From the NCBI GenBank assembly GCA_002633005.1, contig NMRA01000256.1, forward strand, positions 111,048-175,047: DNA of 64,000 nucleotides, read 5' to 3'. Origin of the DNA: Phoronis australis. Taxonomy: Eukaryota > Animalia > Phoronida. The notes beneath the pieces were generated by a model. The model worked only from the letters and a program-made list of their open reading frames with translations. It did not search any database and was not told where the DNA came from. Made by a program: the position numbers and the translations under genes. Every line of letters begins with the position of its first letter. Within the stretch, counting starts at the first letter, position 1. Shown one piece after another: positions 49,790 to 62,460 of this stretch.

Positions 49790-50936
49790 GATCCAGACTT
49801 CCGCACAATGTATATGAGAATACTAGTTTGTCACTGAGCCAAAAGGATCCGCCTCCCTTGCCACCACGACACCCAGCATCTCGCGACTCCTCAAGAACGT
49901 CGATCTCTGATGACCTCTCTTCTGACTTTGAAGATCCTTTTGACGCTCTCGCAATATCCCGCACAGTTGTGACCAGTCCGAAGTCAGATGAAGGTCAAGT
50001 CACGGATATACTTGACATTGTATTGACGGAAGACAATAACAACTCTACAAAGGTGGACAAGCCTGCAAAGGAACAGGATTTGTCTACCTTGGGTAATGAT
50101 ATGCGTGTGGAGATAACTCCTGATCTGACAAAATTGATTGGTCTGCATGATGAGGGTGTTGACAGTGATAGTTGTAGTGACACTGAGGAAGCGTATGCAC
50201 CTATATGGGAACAAACTGGGAGCACCTCTGCTGGACAGGGGGCTGTAACAAATGGCGCTAATGACTTAGTTGTAACAAAAGAAGCGATACGCTTGCATTC
50301 CGGTACAACTTTGTCTGGACAGTCCGTTACACGTCCTATAAGTAATGTTTATGTGGATATGCCAGAGCAGCAAAATGGCCCAGTCTCGAATGGCAGTCTT
50401 TCTCCGCGTCAGTTGACATTTGTCAGCGGAACGTCGGTGAAGGAGAGATCACTACCTGCTCCGCGAACCACAACACCACCATTGGCGCCACCGCACAGTG
50501 CATCCACTCCAAACCTGGAAAGCTCCGTCGATGAAGCTTTCTCGCGTAAGTGTGCTGAAGTTGATGCCACCAATCCTCTATTGGTTAATACAGGATCTCC
50601 TCCTCCATATTCAGCTAGTGGAACATTATCAGGGTCAAGTTACGCCCCACAAGCTGCAAATGGTGCAGCTTCCTCAATGAAGCCTCCTGAATACACTGTC
50701 AGTCCTGTGATGTCATTTCCTCCAGCAACGGAACCTGTTGTTTTTCGTCGACAGCGAAGTTTGTTATCAGACATGCAACAGCTCAGATCGCCTTTGGAAC
50801 GTTGTAAGTCGTTAAAACAAACCCAGGTGGAGCTACTGCAGAAGGAAATGAACAACTCAGCAGGCATTTTCATCCAAGTAAAGCGTGCAGATTGCTTCCA
50901 GACCCTCGCTGTGGTAGACCTGCTGGGTGCTGTTTG
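49790..50936 (+). CDS. PH-PDZ adaptor exon 5 (disordered docking region and start of PDZ1)
   Basis: 1147-nt open exon with NVYENT, PPPLPPR, NVYVDM, PPPY. TG|GTGAGT donor. Confidence 0.88.
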
Positions 50937-51974
50937 GTGAGTGACGAAGTGTTGTGTATTGAAATATGGATAAATTGCATCATTATCTTTCAGTTTAAAA
51001 TGGAAATAAAAATATAACATGTCTAGGTTTTGCAGACGTGCAGCTCCTCCTGATGTGGTTATAGAGAAAGTAAAAACTTCAAACAGCCTGTGCGAATGAT
51101 ACAACATGACAAAAGAGAGGGGGAAGAAGGAAAATGGAGGAAGACAAGTTGAACTTTACTTATTAGATAATGTCTCATGTGCCTCATTTCCCTGTTGAGA
51201 TTACATCGTGGTGGCACATGAGTCATATCTAAACTCGTTTCCAATCCCCTTAGTTTTCCTCTTGATGTGTATTACTCCCTTGTGTCGTTCATGCATGCCT
51301 TGTATGTAGTTTCCATTGTCACTATGACTCACCTGACAAAGAGCTGTACTTGCACGAAAACTGTTTTTAGTTTTATTTCTATTTTACTCTGGAGAATAAA
51401 GGTGCATTGGATACCATGTTTTATTTTCCTCCAGTAGACCTAATGCATTTATCCATGTTGAGTATTAGACACTGTCATTGAAGAAGAATATTACTACAAC
51501 AGATTTAAAATGATTCTCATTGACTCAAGTTGGTTAATTCCAGCTGCAGTCATAGAATGAAGGTCACTTAAAAAATGATGTTGTGCCAGTTGGACAACAA
51601 AACATCCAAATGGTAAAATTGCCATTTCAGTTACAGAATCTACCGCATGTGTTTAGAACCACCATGCTGTATAAGGAATGTGTTTTTTTTTTCAAATAAG
51701 ATTTTTAATGCTCAGTATTTCGCATAGACGCACATATGCTTAGGTTTCATTTGCAGGCACAGATGGGTGTTGTGTGTTCAGGGGTATCTCTTACCCTGGA
51801 TTGAGGCACGTGTATTGTCCTCTACAAAGCCAGTGTGAAACATTTCATGTGACTTAATGAAAAATAATTGCAGGCAGTCTGGTACATCTTGTATCAACTT
51901 GTGCAGGCCACTCAGACAGACCCATTGCACTGATCACCTGGAACCATTTTATGCTTTATTAAAAACAGTGAGAA

Positions 51975-52092
51975 AAACCAAGCTGAGGAGGTAGAGACCT
52001 GACTCAAGGGTATAGCAGTGTGCCCCAGTTTCAAACCCACTATCTTGAGTAAAGGAAATGGATACTTATCCCACTAGGCCAATCTGCCTCCT
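51975..52092 (-). mobile_element. Degenerate tRNA-derived SINE
   Basis: Minus strand TGGCCTAGTGG (A box), GGGTTTGAAACT (B-box-like), then a CCCTTGAG core-like segment. Confidence 0.45.
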
Positions 52093-52138
52093 CGACTCCA
52101 ACTTTGTTTGACTGCGCATTTCTTATATTACAACTCAG

Positions 52139-52228
52139 AGATTTAGACCTTCAGATTTAGACCTTCAGATTTAGACCTTCAGATTTAGACCTTCAGATTT
52201 AGACCTTCAGATTTAGACCTTCAGATTT
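52139..52228. repeat. 14-bp minisatellite AGATTTAGACCTTC, ~6.4 copies
   Basis: Perfect tandem array. Confidence 0.95.
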
Positions 52229-52759
52229 GTGATGTTTTGTGTAGTCAAGTAGGAAACAGCTTCTAGCAATAATAACTTAGTAACAGTTTAGTTCATAGAC
52301 TAACTGCAGTAAGAAGACAAAATGTTTTGCAATTACGAAATCCTCATTAAAATGATATACAAAACTAGTGCATTAAATTGAGACAATAGTGCACGCCATG
52401 CTAAGGTTTTGAAGGAAAGAACTATTATTATAATTATTATGACAGGAGTCGTTTGTTTGACCTTCCTAGTGAAAACCAGTGTAAATGTCAACAGTTTTCA
52501 ATGGATAAACAAACACAGGTACTTAAATAGCTGATGTATATTTCAAAGTGTCACAGCTATGGAGTTGATTTGTAACATTCCATTTGTCTACAATTTTGGT
52601 TGATTGGCATATGGACTACTTGCACCCCCATCTGTGGATGTAGCGTTTAACCAAATGAATATTACCCAAGATTCACCTAGCTATAATGTATGTTCTCTCC
52701 ATTTATGAAGATCTGTGGAGTGTTCAGACAGTTTTCACCTGTAGTTTCTTTCACCACAG

Positions 52760-53009
52760 GATTGCGGGGTGGGCATATGCCCAGAAACCTTTTCTACACA
52801 ACGCATTCCACATTGGTGATCAGATTGTCAGCGTAGGTGGTCATGTGATAAAGACAGCGTATGACGTGCACAAGATCATTAAGCATTCCCCGCCACACCA
52901 AAAGGTGGCGTTCAACATCAGGCGAGTTCCACATGGTCACGTGCTGGCAATCGTGAGAACATTCGACAAAGAGAATCTGGGCTTTCACAGAATGGCTGGT
53001 ACTGCTGAG
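52760..53009 (+). CDS. PH-PDZ adaptor exon 6 (PDZ1 to PDZ2)
   Basis: Encodes FHIGDQIVSVGG...VHKIIK...VAFNIRRVP...ENLGF, resembling the syntenin PDZ1-PDZ2 junction. Confidence 0.88.
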
Positions 53010-53410
53010 GTATATGTTTATTGTTTACTGTATTCTATTTAGTAATTAAATATTCATTATTCACAGTGCAGCTAAAGCCACACTGCACTTTAATGCATAG
53101 AGTATCCAATTGTGATAGTCATTTTGGGATTCTGATCTCACAATTGTTCATTTCAAGTGAACAATATTCCAGTCTTATTCGATTGGTAATTCTTCATTTG
53201 TTTCATATGGCCCACAACTGAAATTATTCTCGTTCGTCAAATTTCTTGATAGTTGAAGATGCCATGTCTCATTAAAACTGTGAATATTTAAATTTGTAGC
53301 AAGCACCACCTAGTGACGTGGAGAACTGTGTGTATAAGTGTAATCAGGAAAAGAAACACTTTGTAAATAAATTGTGGTTTTAAAGTATATACCATAACTG
53401 ATACACTTAA

Positions 53411-55062
53411 AGGAGCATGTCACCCAAAAAACAACCTAATTTGTATCAATTTAGATCGAGTAGTTCTACTCCATAACGACACGTATGGTTGCGTTACCTG
53501 ACACCTGACGGCAGACGGAGGTGTTGAAATTATCCAATGACGTCATCGCTTTCACACGCAGTCTGTTCAGCAGTTCACAACACGGGTTACTGGTGTCAGC
53601 TTATCGCTTGAACTCCTCGTTTAACATCAATAAATCATCAAACTTCGATGTAAAACCCTTTAAAATACACCGAGTTCTTATAAAAAACGTGTTGTTTTAT
53701 TTCGCTCTTATGGATTTATTGGTATTTGGATACACCGTAGCCTACAAAGTTCGGCAGGCCAATAAGGTCCGTAGCAGGAGTTTGGGGTCTGTTCGGAGAT
53801 AATTTCGAAGTATTTTCCGTGAGATACAGACAGGAGAACCCAGATCTGTGTTGTTTAGACTTGTGATTTTTTGAGTTCTAAACACAAAACGCTTGTTAGC
53901 CTGGCCAGTGACTCGGAGCCCGATCAGGCCCGTCGCGGCCGGCCGGATTGAAAACTGATCAGACATCACAACATAAACCAGCCAAAGTTCAGTGGAAACT
54001 AAACTTCCAGTCAAGAAAATACTATACTAGTGAGCCAAAGTAATGTGCACCTGATTATGTTGGTGAATTAGCCACGAAACTGCAAATATACTTACTCGTC
54101 GAGGGCCGCGAATTCAGGTTCCGCTTTAAGTTGGCCACAGCACCGTCAGGGCAGAAGTTGTACATTGACAATCATTATTTGAGTAATGTAAATGTAAATA
54201 AAGATTCCCCTAACACCTGGCCGTGGGATGGAAATCGAGTTGTTTCACAACAGTTTCTGCCAGCAAACACTAAATTAGCATGAGCTCACACGGCCAGCTA
54301 GGTGTCCCGTCAATTAGTTTTTATTGCACCTAAAGCCAGTAACGCTGTGATTTATTCATTGCTGGCTTCTCAAATCATTTGCACTCACGAACACTCCAAA
54401 GTCATTACAAATTGCATCTAATGAGACAGGCTTTGTTTCAGTTTTATATAAGTATTGGTTAGGATGAGAATAACTCATTTTGAAACAGAACGTTCAGGAA
54501 ACAAATGCCAACATGGCAACAAACCCGATTTAGGACGACTGAGCTAGAGCTCATAAGTCCCGACTTCGCAGGTGGATCGTTAAGTTTTACAGGCTATCAA
54601 TTCGAACAGGAATACAGTGATGAAGAAATACTATGCACAAGCTCAGACAATGGAACGTATGGAGTTATTTGGTAAGCCGGCATTCGTCAGGCACTGTCGA
54701 CGTCTGCAGGCCACAGACACGGAGATGTTTCACGGCCTCATACTTGCTATTTACAGCGTACATTTCATTCTTCACTACCATGAGCCACTTCCTAAGCATT
54801 TCAGGCTCTCGAGGAAGTAAAAAAAATGATATACCCGCTTTCTTCGCAGCTGCTTAGTTCGGACAAGCGGGAACGATGCACCGCAACATAGCGGCATTCA
54901 CTCTGCATATGAACCACTGATGTCGCTAGTGTCGTTTCTCACCTTCCTCACAGGTTAATGCGACACTTCTTGGCAAGGTTAGGTCGACCGTATGGGAGGC
55001 GATGTGGATATAGACCGATTGAGACGGTAAAAAAGACTAATTAAATCGGGTGGCATTCTCCT
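53411..55062. mobile_element. 1.65-kb non-autonomous Kolobok-like element
   Basis: TTAA|AGGAGCATGTCACCC...GGGTGGCATTCTCCT|TTAA (13/15 TIR). CpG-rich relative to the host intron. Confidence 0.8.
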
Positions 55063-55551
55063 TTAAAAACAAGTGTGAACATATGAAAACTGTACTAATG
55101 CCAAATTTTATGCAATCGTTTTTGGATGGTGAAATAAACAAATGGTAGAAACTGTGCCTTGTTTCATTAGGGTAACAATGAAATATTACGATGCTCATTT
55201 AAATAAAAACAGTCTCGCAAAATGAGACTGATATTGTAATGGTTACTGGTTCCTGGAAGACCTGGGTTGTTTGCAAATTAGTACTTTATTTTGCATATTC
55301 ACAATTTAATGAGACTATGCTTCTTAAGGGCATTTTATCTTCAGTCTTCAATGCGTGGATATCATTCCCAGTAAGCACAAAAGACAATTACCCAATTGAA
55401 AATTTGGTAATTATTTTGTGAGAAATAAGTGAAGAATTATTGCATTACTTTCTTTTTAGAACCACTTACTGAACATAGAACACAAAACTGAACAGATTTG
55501 TCAACTTTCTTCTACTTGTTAAAGATAGTCAAGATTTTTCTATGTCCTCAG

Positions 55552-55695
55552 ATTGTGAGTGTTATACCAAACGGCCTGGCAGCAGAGTTTGGCCTTACTT
55601 CCAAGGCAACAACACTTGACGGCAGCAGCCTATGCAACTGGATGTTGACTGAAGTCAACATGAGGCCCCTGAACCTGTTTTTCAAAGATAATGAG
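55552..55695 (+). CDS. PH-PDZ adaptor exon 7 (PDZ2)
   Basis: Encodes IVSVIPNGLAAEFGL...WMLTEVNMRPLNLFFKDNE. GAG|GTAAAG donor. Confidence 0.88.
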
Positions 55696-55751
55696 GTAAA
55701 GGTGTTACAAAAACCAGATGATTTGGTAGCCATTGTGACTACGTAATCTGT

Positions 55752-55939
55752 CACGCTCTAAACGTGGAGTATTGGAACGTCCTAAAAGCGTGTCGAACGC
55801 GTAAAACGTGGCGTGTCAAACGTGTAAAATGTAGCGTGTCGGACGTTTCAAGAACGTGTCAAATGCTGTACATGTAATTTTCGTTCCAATACTCCACGTT
55901 TGACACGCTGCGTGTCAAACGTGTCAAATTCTCACCTGG
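55752..55939. mobile_element. Terminal fragment of the 37040-38686 family
   Basis: Shares AAACGTGGAGTATTGGAACG and CGTGTCAAA repeats. Ends in AAATTCTCACCTGG. Confidence 0.75.
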
Positions 55940-56558
55940 AATCCACAAATAAATTAAAATGTGTGACACTGGGCAATGTTGACCTCTTTGCCTATTAAAG
56001 ATTGTACGCATGAAAGTGAAGCTAAATCGTCATAGTTTTATTAAGACCTAGCACATTTTTGTGGCTAAATTTAAAGCTTAAACTGGCTATAAACATGCCT
56101 TTTGCCATGAAGACCATCTTTTTTAATATTTAAATCACTTTCTGACAAATGGGATATTGGTTTCTAATTGCTCCGTATTCAAAATGCTGTGATTTCTGGG
56201 AGTGGAAAGACTTAACTAGACAGCTATTGAAAAGGGGTGAAAACTTTTGGATCGGTGGGTCATTACCATTACTCCTCAACACCCCTACCTAACCCTGTTA
56301 ATTATCTGATGTCCTAAAAACTAGACACAAGAGCTAATTGGAAACAACATCGCATTGGCCTAAGTGATCGTCATCTAAAAGTTGGGTGTACATTTGCGCT
56401 ACAGGCACTTGAATCTAACCATTCCTCATATCCACCGACTGTAATCAAACATATGCTTCTTACGCACTTGTTATTGGAAAATCCGTATGCCTGTGATTTG
56501 CACAGGCTGCAGACTCGATCCTGTGGCTACATTCTTATGATTTCCTGTTTGATTACAG

Positions 56559-56684
56559 ATTGAACACAGACTAAACGCTGTTGGTAAAGACATTTCCATT
56601 ATGGTGCAGCCTTCTGACTTCATACACTTGCTGAAGAAGAAGCTGAAATCAGTGAAGAATTATAAAGACTATTTAGTGATGTGA
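56559..56684 (+). CDS. PH-PDZ adaptor terminal exon
   Basis: Not in the ORF track. ttacAG acceptor, IEHRLNAVGKDISIMVQPSDFIHLLKKKLKSVKNYKDYLVM, TGA. The 8 exons sum to 2202 nt (733 aa plus stop). Confidence 0.85.
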   Translation: MEHRLNAVGKDISIMVQPSDFIHLLKKKLKSVKNYKDYLVM

Positions 56685-57215
56685 GACACGACTTAATTTT
56701 ACAAAAGGCCAAGCTATTGTGGTTCGATATTTGTTCCATGTGTTTATGAGCAAGTCTTTCAATTATATCAGACGAGTGTGTTGATACTGATATAGCAAGA
56801 TACATAATTCATCTTTTTAGACTGAGGTGAAAACCCCGTATACAGGGGCAGATCCAGGGATAGACAAGGGGTAAGGACACTACTCAGCCACTTGTGTAGC
56901 TGTTATGGTGGCATGTTCGTCAGACCTCCTTTGAAAGCGATCCTGGATCCACTGGGATCTTGTAGAGGACAGTGGTTATTCAAAAGATGTCTACTTAATT
57001 CTAGGCATTGTATATTAAATAACGTTCTTTGATGAATCAGTTGTTTGATACGTTGATTAAAACCACGTTTGCCTCTATGATTAAATCTCTATAAATTGTA
57101 GAAATTGAATGATGGCAATGTAAAAGGCTGTCTTGCTAGGTGTTCTTCAGACAATGGATATCTTGAGCAATTAAATGCAAATTGTAGGTTTTTCACAGCT
57201 TTTCCAGTTTTAATG

Positions 57216-57286
57216 CATGGGCGGCGCACCATAGGGTGCTGAGGGGGCTTTAGTCCCCCACTTTTTTCAGTGCTGCGCCGCCCATG
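57216..57286. mobile_element. 71-bp micro-MITE with 5-bp TSD
   Basis: TAATG|CATGGGCGGCGCA...TGCGCCGCCCATG|TAATG. Confidence 0.8.
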
Positions 57287-60200
57287 TAATGACAACATTA
57301 GGTGAAATATTGTAACTTGAAATGCCCGTGAAAGATGAGTCTTATCCGACAGGTTATGTAAGGTTGTCCTCAAATGATTCACCTCAGGCCATATCAGTTA
57401 CTCTGGTAACAGCTAAATGACATTGTCTGTGAGACCTGTTTTGGGACAGTGTGCTGGGGGACTTGAATTAAAATCTAGCACAAGTTATAACTTTACTTTT
57501 TATGGATGAAGACAAAGTCACCCTACAATCAAAATGTTAGCAGGAGCCAACCAAACTCAGCAGAAACCCACACTCATCATGATACTGTCTCCACTTTTAT
57601 AAAAGAAAACTGGGTAAAGTTGAGATGTTCGCGAGATCAAAGAAGTCTGATTGGCTACGTCCACTGGTTGGGATTTCAAACTTGATATTTTCGTTGAATG
57701 AATTGTCCAAAGGGACCTCGCCTAGTCCTGTGTGCACCACTCTTCAAGTTAAATAAGCATTGTCTGTTTGCAGACATGGTTACTTGTAGATTCTTTTTTG
57801 TCTTTCCACCATTGTATTACTAGGCTCTGAAGAGGGTTATTGACTTCTGTCCTGATAAAGCTAATCAAGAGTAAGGTATAGTGCCATGGCTCGACGCCTA
57901 GTGTAACATCAACTTACCAAATGTAGCCTGCCAAAATTTCCAGGTTCGTTGCCAAACAGGAACAGAGGTTGTCAAAACAAAGAAACCTCATAGAGGGTAT
58001 TGCGAAAGTACTTGTCTCTACAATGGATGCATGGTATGAAGAGGCCATGAAAAAGTAGGTGTGTCTTGCATGCTCTGTAATGACCAGTTGACCAACTTCC
58101 CTGTCCTCTCTCTGGCCCAATATTTTACACAGGCTCGTCTCCTAGGGCACAAGCAGACATTACCTGTTCATGATGGGTAAACAGACCCTTCCAATTTTTG
58201 CCGAAGGATTCCACGATTTCTGTCTGTTAACCTCCTGATAGTATTTTGAGTGTGTGCTCAGATGTGTGGGTGGTGATTTCATGACAATCTAGGATTTTCA
58301 TCAGGTTACCAATCAAAACCTGAGGTCGCATTGGTGAGATGCAGATTGACAAATTGAGTGCTGAATGCTGTACTAAATATTTTGTTACAGATCATGTGAC
58401 ATTGCAGGAAACCATAATGTTATTTCATAATAAAGTGATATGATGTGATCTCCTGGTCATGGCCCATGGTGGGAAAAGTCTGTACACCCCTGCCATTGGG
58501 TCTATTTACACTAGGTTTCTGTGAATGGCAAAAATGTATGATTAGTATTTTTCAGTGATGAAAACCAGCATTTTAGTCGGACAGACGAGAAGTATGCTGG
58601 GGGTTATTTTTGCCATCAGTTCTCACCACCTGTATGGCTGAAATGTACATTGCATTTGAATGCTTGTCCGAAAAGATTTATTTCGTGAGTGGTGAGATGT
58701 GAAGCCTAGAATTATTATGTTGCACAATGTTTTATTTTACTTATCCAATGCTCAATTTATTGCACCCACATTTTGTAGAAAATATTTCATTGTGATTTTT
58801 AATATTGCTTGGTTGTTGGTTGCAGGATACATGTTTTTGCGTTTTGAGCTAACTTGATTATTAGTCTCCTATCCATTTAACATTAGGGCGCTAGTAGCGT
58901 ATAGGGTCAACGTGGGGATGTATTTCATAATTATGAATAAGTGACAGATTGATTTTGATTGATAAGTTATATCAAATTTCCAGTCTTTACCCTATCAGTG
59001 CACTATAGATTTTTTGCAATTTCATTTAGTGCCCTCCATTTCACTCTTTGTACATTGAATTTAATTTCCTGTTAGGAGTGAAATTATATACCCCGGCCAT
59101 CTGCTTAGAGGAAATAAATACTAAGTTATTGAGAGATTTGTAATTTTGTTCTTTATGAGTGAAGTTTTTGAGTGTTAATTGGTCTCGTATCTTTTGCCCA
59201 TGAGAAATGATTTTTGGTCTTGCAATATGAAAAGAATCATGCGTTGACACCCTCGCAGGTCGAGATTGGGTAACTCGACAGCTTCGGCGCTTACCGCGAA
59301 ATCGGCCGCACTCAAAGATACCGCGCAGTTGTATGCCACAGGAATGACAGGATGCTAATGTTATCCTTCTCTAGATGATCAGACCTATCATAAACGCATT
59401 GTGGGCGACAAAAGTATTTTTTAAATTATCGTTTTGAAAGTTTTTATATAAATAATAGTTCGTGAAAAGTATACACATACTTAGGTTTTTTTACTTTGAA
59501 AAATCTGACAAAAAGCGTAAAATTGTCAGAATTCTGCTTCTCCTTAATTCTGCTGTCTGTGCAACATGATTGGGTCAATTACCAAGACAGCAGGCTGCAG
59601 TTGGAAATTGTTGTAAACCAAGTGTCATCATTCTTAACTTGTTCCTCCTTCCTCACGACCATGCTCGCTGAATACTTGACCGGTTTTGACAATTTGTGGA
59701 GCCTAGTCTCGAGCAGTAACAAACGTTTAGTTTTGTCTGAGCTCAGAAATAGCACCTATTTCAACCAAACACTTTGAGGTCAATTTCGTAACGATAACTG
59801 GTCTAAATCAAAAGTCGGTTTTTGTGGTGGAAGGCGAGTTTATAGGTACCTGTAGTTTCATAATCATGGATGATCTTGAGAGCGACATTTGGTATTAACC
59901 TGTCTGTGTAATTATACGAAAAAAATCGCCCAAGGCCAAGCGTATACAAATACACTTGGCTCAGATTAGTAATCACTCGTGCATTCGTTATGTCATCAAA
60001 AAGTTTCTCAAAGTCTCGTGTTTGCAAAATATTTGAACATACAATTAAAACGATTTTCATGAATTTTCCTTGTTATTTTCCTATTTATCTCGTTTTGTTT
60101 TGTTTTGGTTAGATAAATTACAGAAATCATACCCTCCGCGTAACAATATTTTCCAACTTTAAGTGGTTGTTGTCAACTTTTTTTCAGTGGCAACATTCGC

Positions 60201-61385
60201 TACAGACAGGCGCAATTTTACGAATATTGCGGTTTTTAACCCAAGTGGCATTTGGCCTGAGTATTCACGAAAGTCACGCATTAACAGATCACCTGGCCGT
60301 AGACAGTAGGCAGGATTTTTATGGGAGTTCGTTGACAGGCATTGGCTGTCAGTGTTTTAGAAGCAGCTTGTTTCTGAAATGAATGCAATCATTTCACTTT
60401 TTAAAATGAATCGGCTCGATGGTTTGGACGTTCTGCTGACCAATGAGCTATACCTGGTATAGCTCATTGTGCTGACTGAATACATTCGGTCTGAATAAGC
60501 AGTATACCTTTAACGGGATCATGGATATGACCACTTGATCTCCAAGTTCACATGAAAATTCACCCTACACCTAGCTCTGATGTGCAGCTCGTGACGCACA
60601 ATGACAACTGCAGTTAGTAATGAAACCAAGTTGAAATCACAAACTACAAACAGAAATAAGTCACGTTAGCAGCGGCGAATCTTCCTATGGAAACAATTCC
60701 TCGAACTTTCAAACACTTTACAGTCAACGTTTGGCTACACATAGGCGGAATAACGGGCACAATTAAAAATTTAAAAAATCAAGTTTGTTTTAGTAAGGGT
60801 TAACCGTGACGACAATGTTGTGCAAGGTTTACCAGGACGATCGCGGTCTGGGTCCGGTCTCTTGTCTTTTTACTCGAAATGGGACTTGAAATTATGTTTG
60901 GGATTTTTTCGCTACTTTTGAACGAACTCAAGACAAGTGTCTGCTGTTCTATGCTAGACTACATAATGACTTACGTGGGTAATTTATTAGTCCTAGTTTG
61001 TAGTTGATAAACCCAACATTAAGGCTAAGTTTGAACTCGAAATTTCGAGTTTTACTCGAAGTTTAGCACGAATTTCAGGGTATTCAAGTGCAAACTTGGA
61101 GTAGAAACTCATAGGAATAAATTATAATGTGTTCGAGCACAGTCTGATAACCACTTATCTTGAGTTCGTACAAAAGGAGCAGAGAAATTGCCAAAAATAA
61201 TTTCGAATTCGTTTCGAGTACAAAGATTAGAGACCAGACCCTGGGCTCTTCTGGCAACCAAACCATTCCTCCGAAGCACGCAGGATGACTGCACTAAAGG
61301 CATATTGCTCTAGTCAAATATGACTACCTCCTGGTGATATGTTTTATTGTTTTTAAGCGTATTAATGAAGTGGACAAATAACTGA

Positions 61386-61671
61386 ACCAATTACGCAACC
61401 ATTCACTCATTAACAATTATGCAACCATTCACTCATTAACAATTACGCAACCATTCACTCATTAACAATTATACAACCATTCACTCATTAACAATTATAC
61501 AACCATTCACTCATTAACAATTACGCAACCATTCACTCATTAACAATTACGCAACCATTCACTCATTAACAATTACGCAACCATTCACTCATTAACAATT
61601 ACGCAACCATTCACTCATTAACAATTACGCAACCATTCACTCATTAACAATTATGCAACCATTCACTCATT
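61386..61671. repeat. 26-bp minisatellite AACAATTACGCAACCATTCACTCATT, 11 copies
   Basis: Near-perfect tandem array with no spacers. Confidence 0.95.
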
Positions 61672-62373
61672 AACACACAATATGGATAAGTAAAATTCTA
61701 TTTTGTCAACTGTCCTCAAGAATCATAATACATTTAGTGTATTACCAGTATGGTTTGTAGCGTGTAGATGTCGTAAAATAACAATTGGTAATAGAGTTTC
61801 CATTATTTGCAGTGAAGGAATGACTTTTTTGCCATTGAGTGTGTAGAATTGCCGTACCTCGTTGTGCGGAATAAGTTTAGTTTGCAATCCTACACCATAT
61901 ATTAAGCGCTATTAACTGTAGTGTTGAGTGTTTTGAATTTTAGCTATACTCTAAAACATCTAGTCGTGAAATAAGATATCTTTAAACACTACTTGCTTTT
62001 TTATGATTCTACTGTAGTCGGAATAGATTTCATGGGTGTTGGTTTCGGTTTTATAATAAACGGCTCCGTTCATATGTATCTTTCTTCGAAGTGGGCCATC
62101 TTTGACCCGTTGATACAAAACTAAATACAGCGATAGGCTACATATGTGACTACCAGGAGGAGGCTGAACGAGTATCGCAAATGTGCATTACCTTTTATTT
62201 TATTCTGAGTATATATAATGAATAACTAGGCCTCTGACCCTTGTTACAATCAAATCATCAAATACAATACAGGTAAGTGTCAAACACTAACAGCAATGCC
62301 AGCTCTTCTTCACTTGAACGTGAAATGAAAATATTTACATGTTGACCATGAAAGAGCTTATTACTCCATAGGA

Positions 62374-62460
62374 CTTGCGTTGAACATCTTAATCTTATCA
62401 TATCGGATTTATTCCCTCCATAGCGCTTGCGTTGAACATCTTAATCTTACCATATCGGAT
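62374..62460. repeat. 35-bp direct duplication
   Basis: CTTGCGTTGAACATCTTAATCTTAYCATATCGGAT at 62374 and 62426. Confidence 0.8.

Noticed and set aside
27472-55062. TTAA elements as piggyBac
   Set aside because: Termini begin with AG/AC rather than CCY, and the THAP plus zinc-finger remnants fit Kolobok better.
61386-61671. 26-bp repeats as a CRISPR array
   Set aside because: Units are directly adjacent with no unique spacers, there are no cas genes, and the context is eukaryotic.
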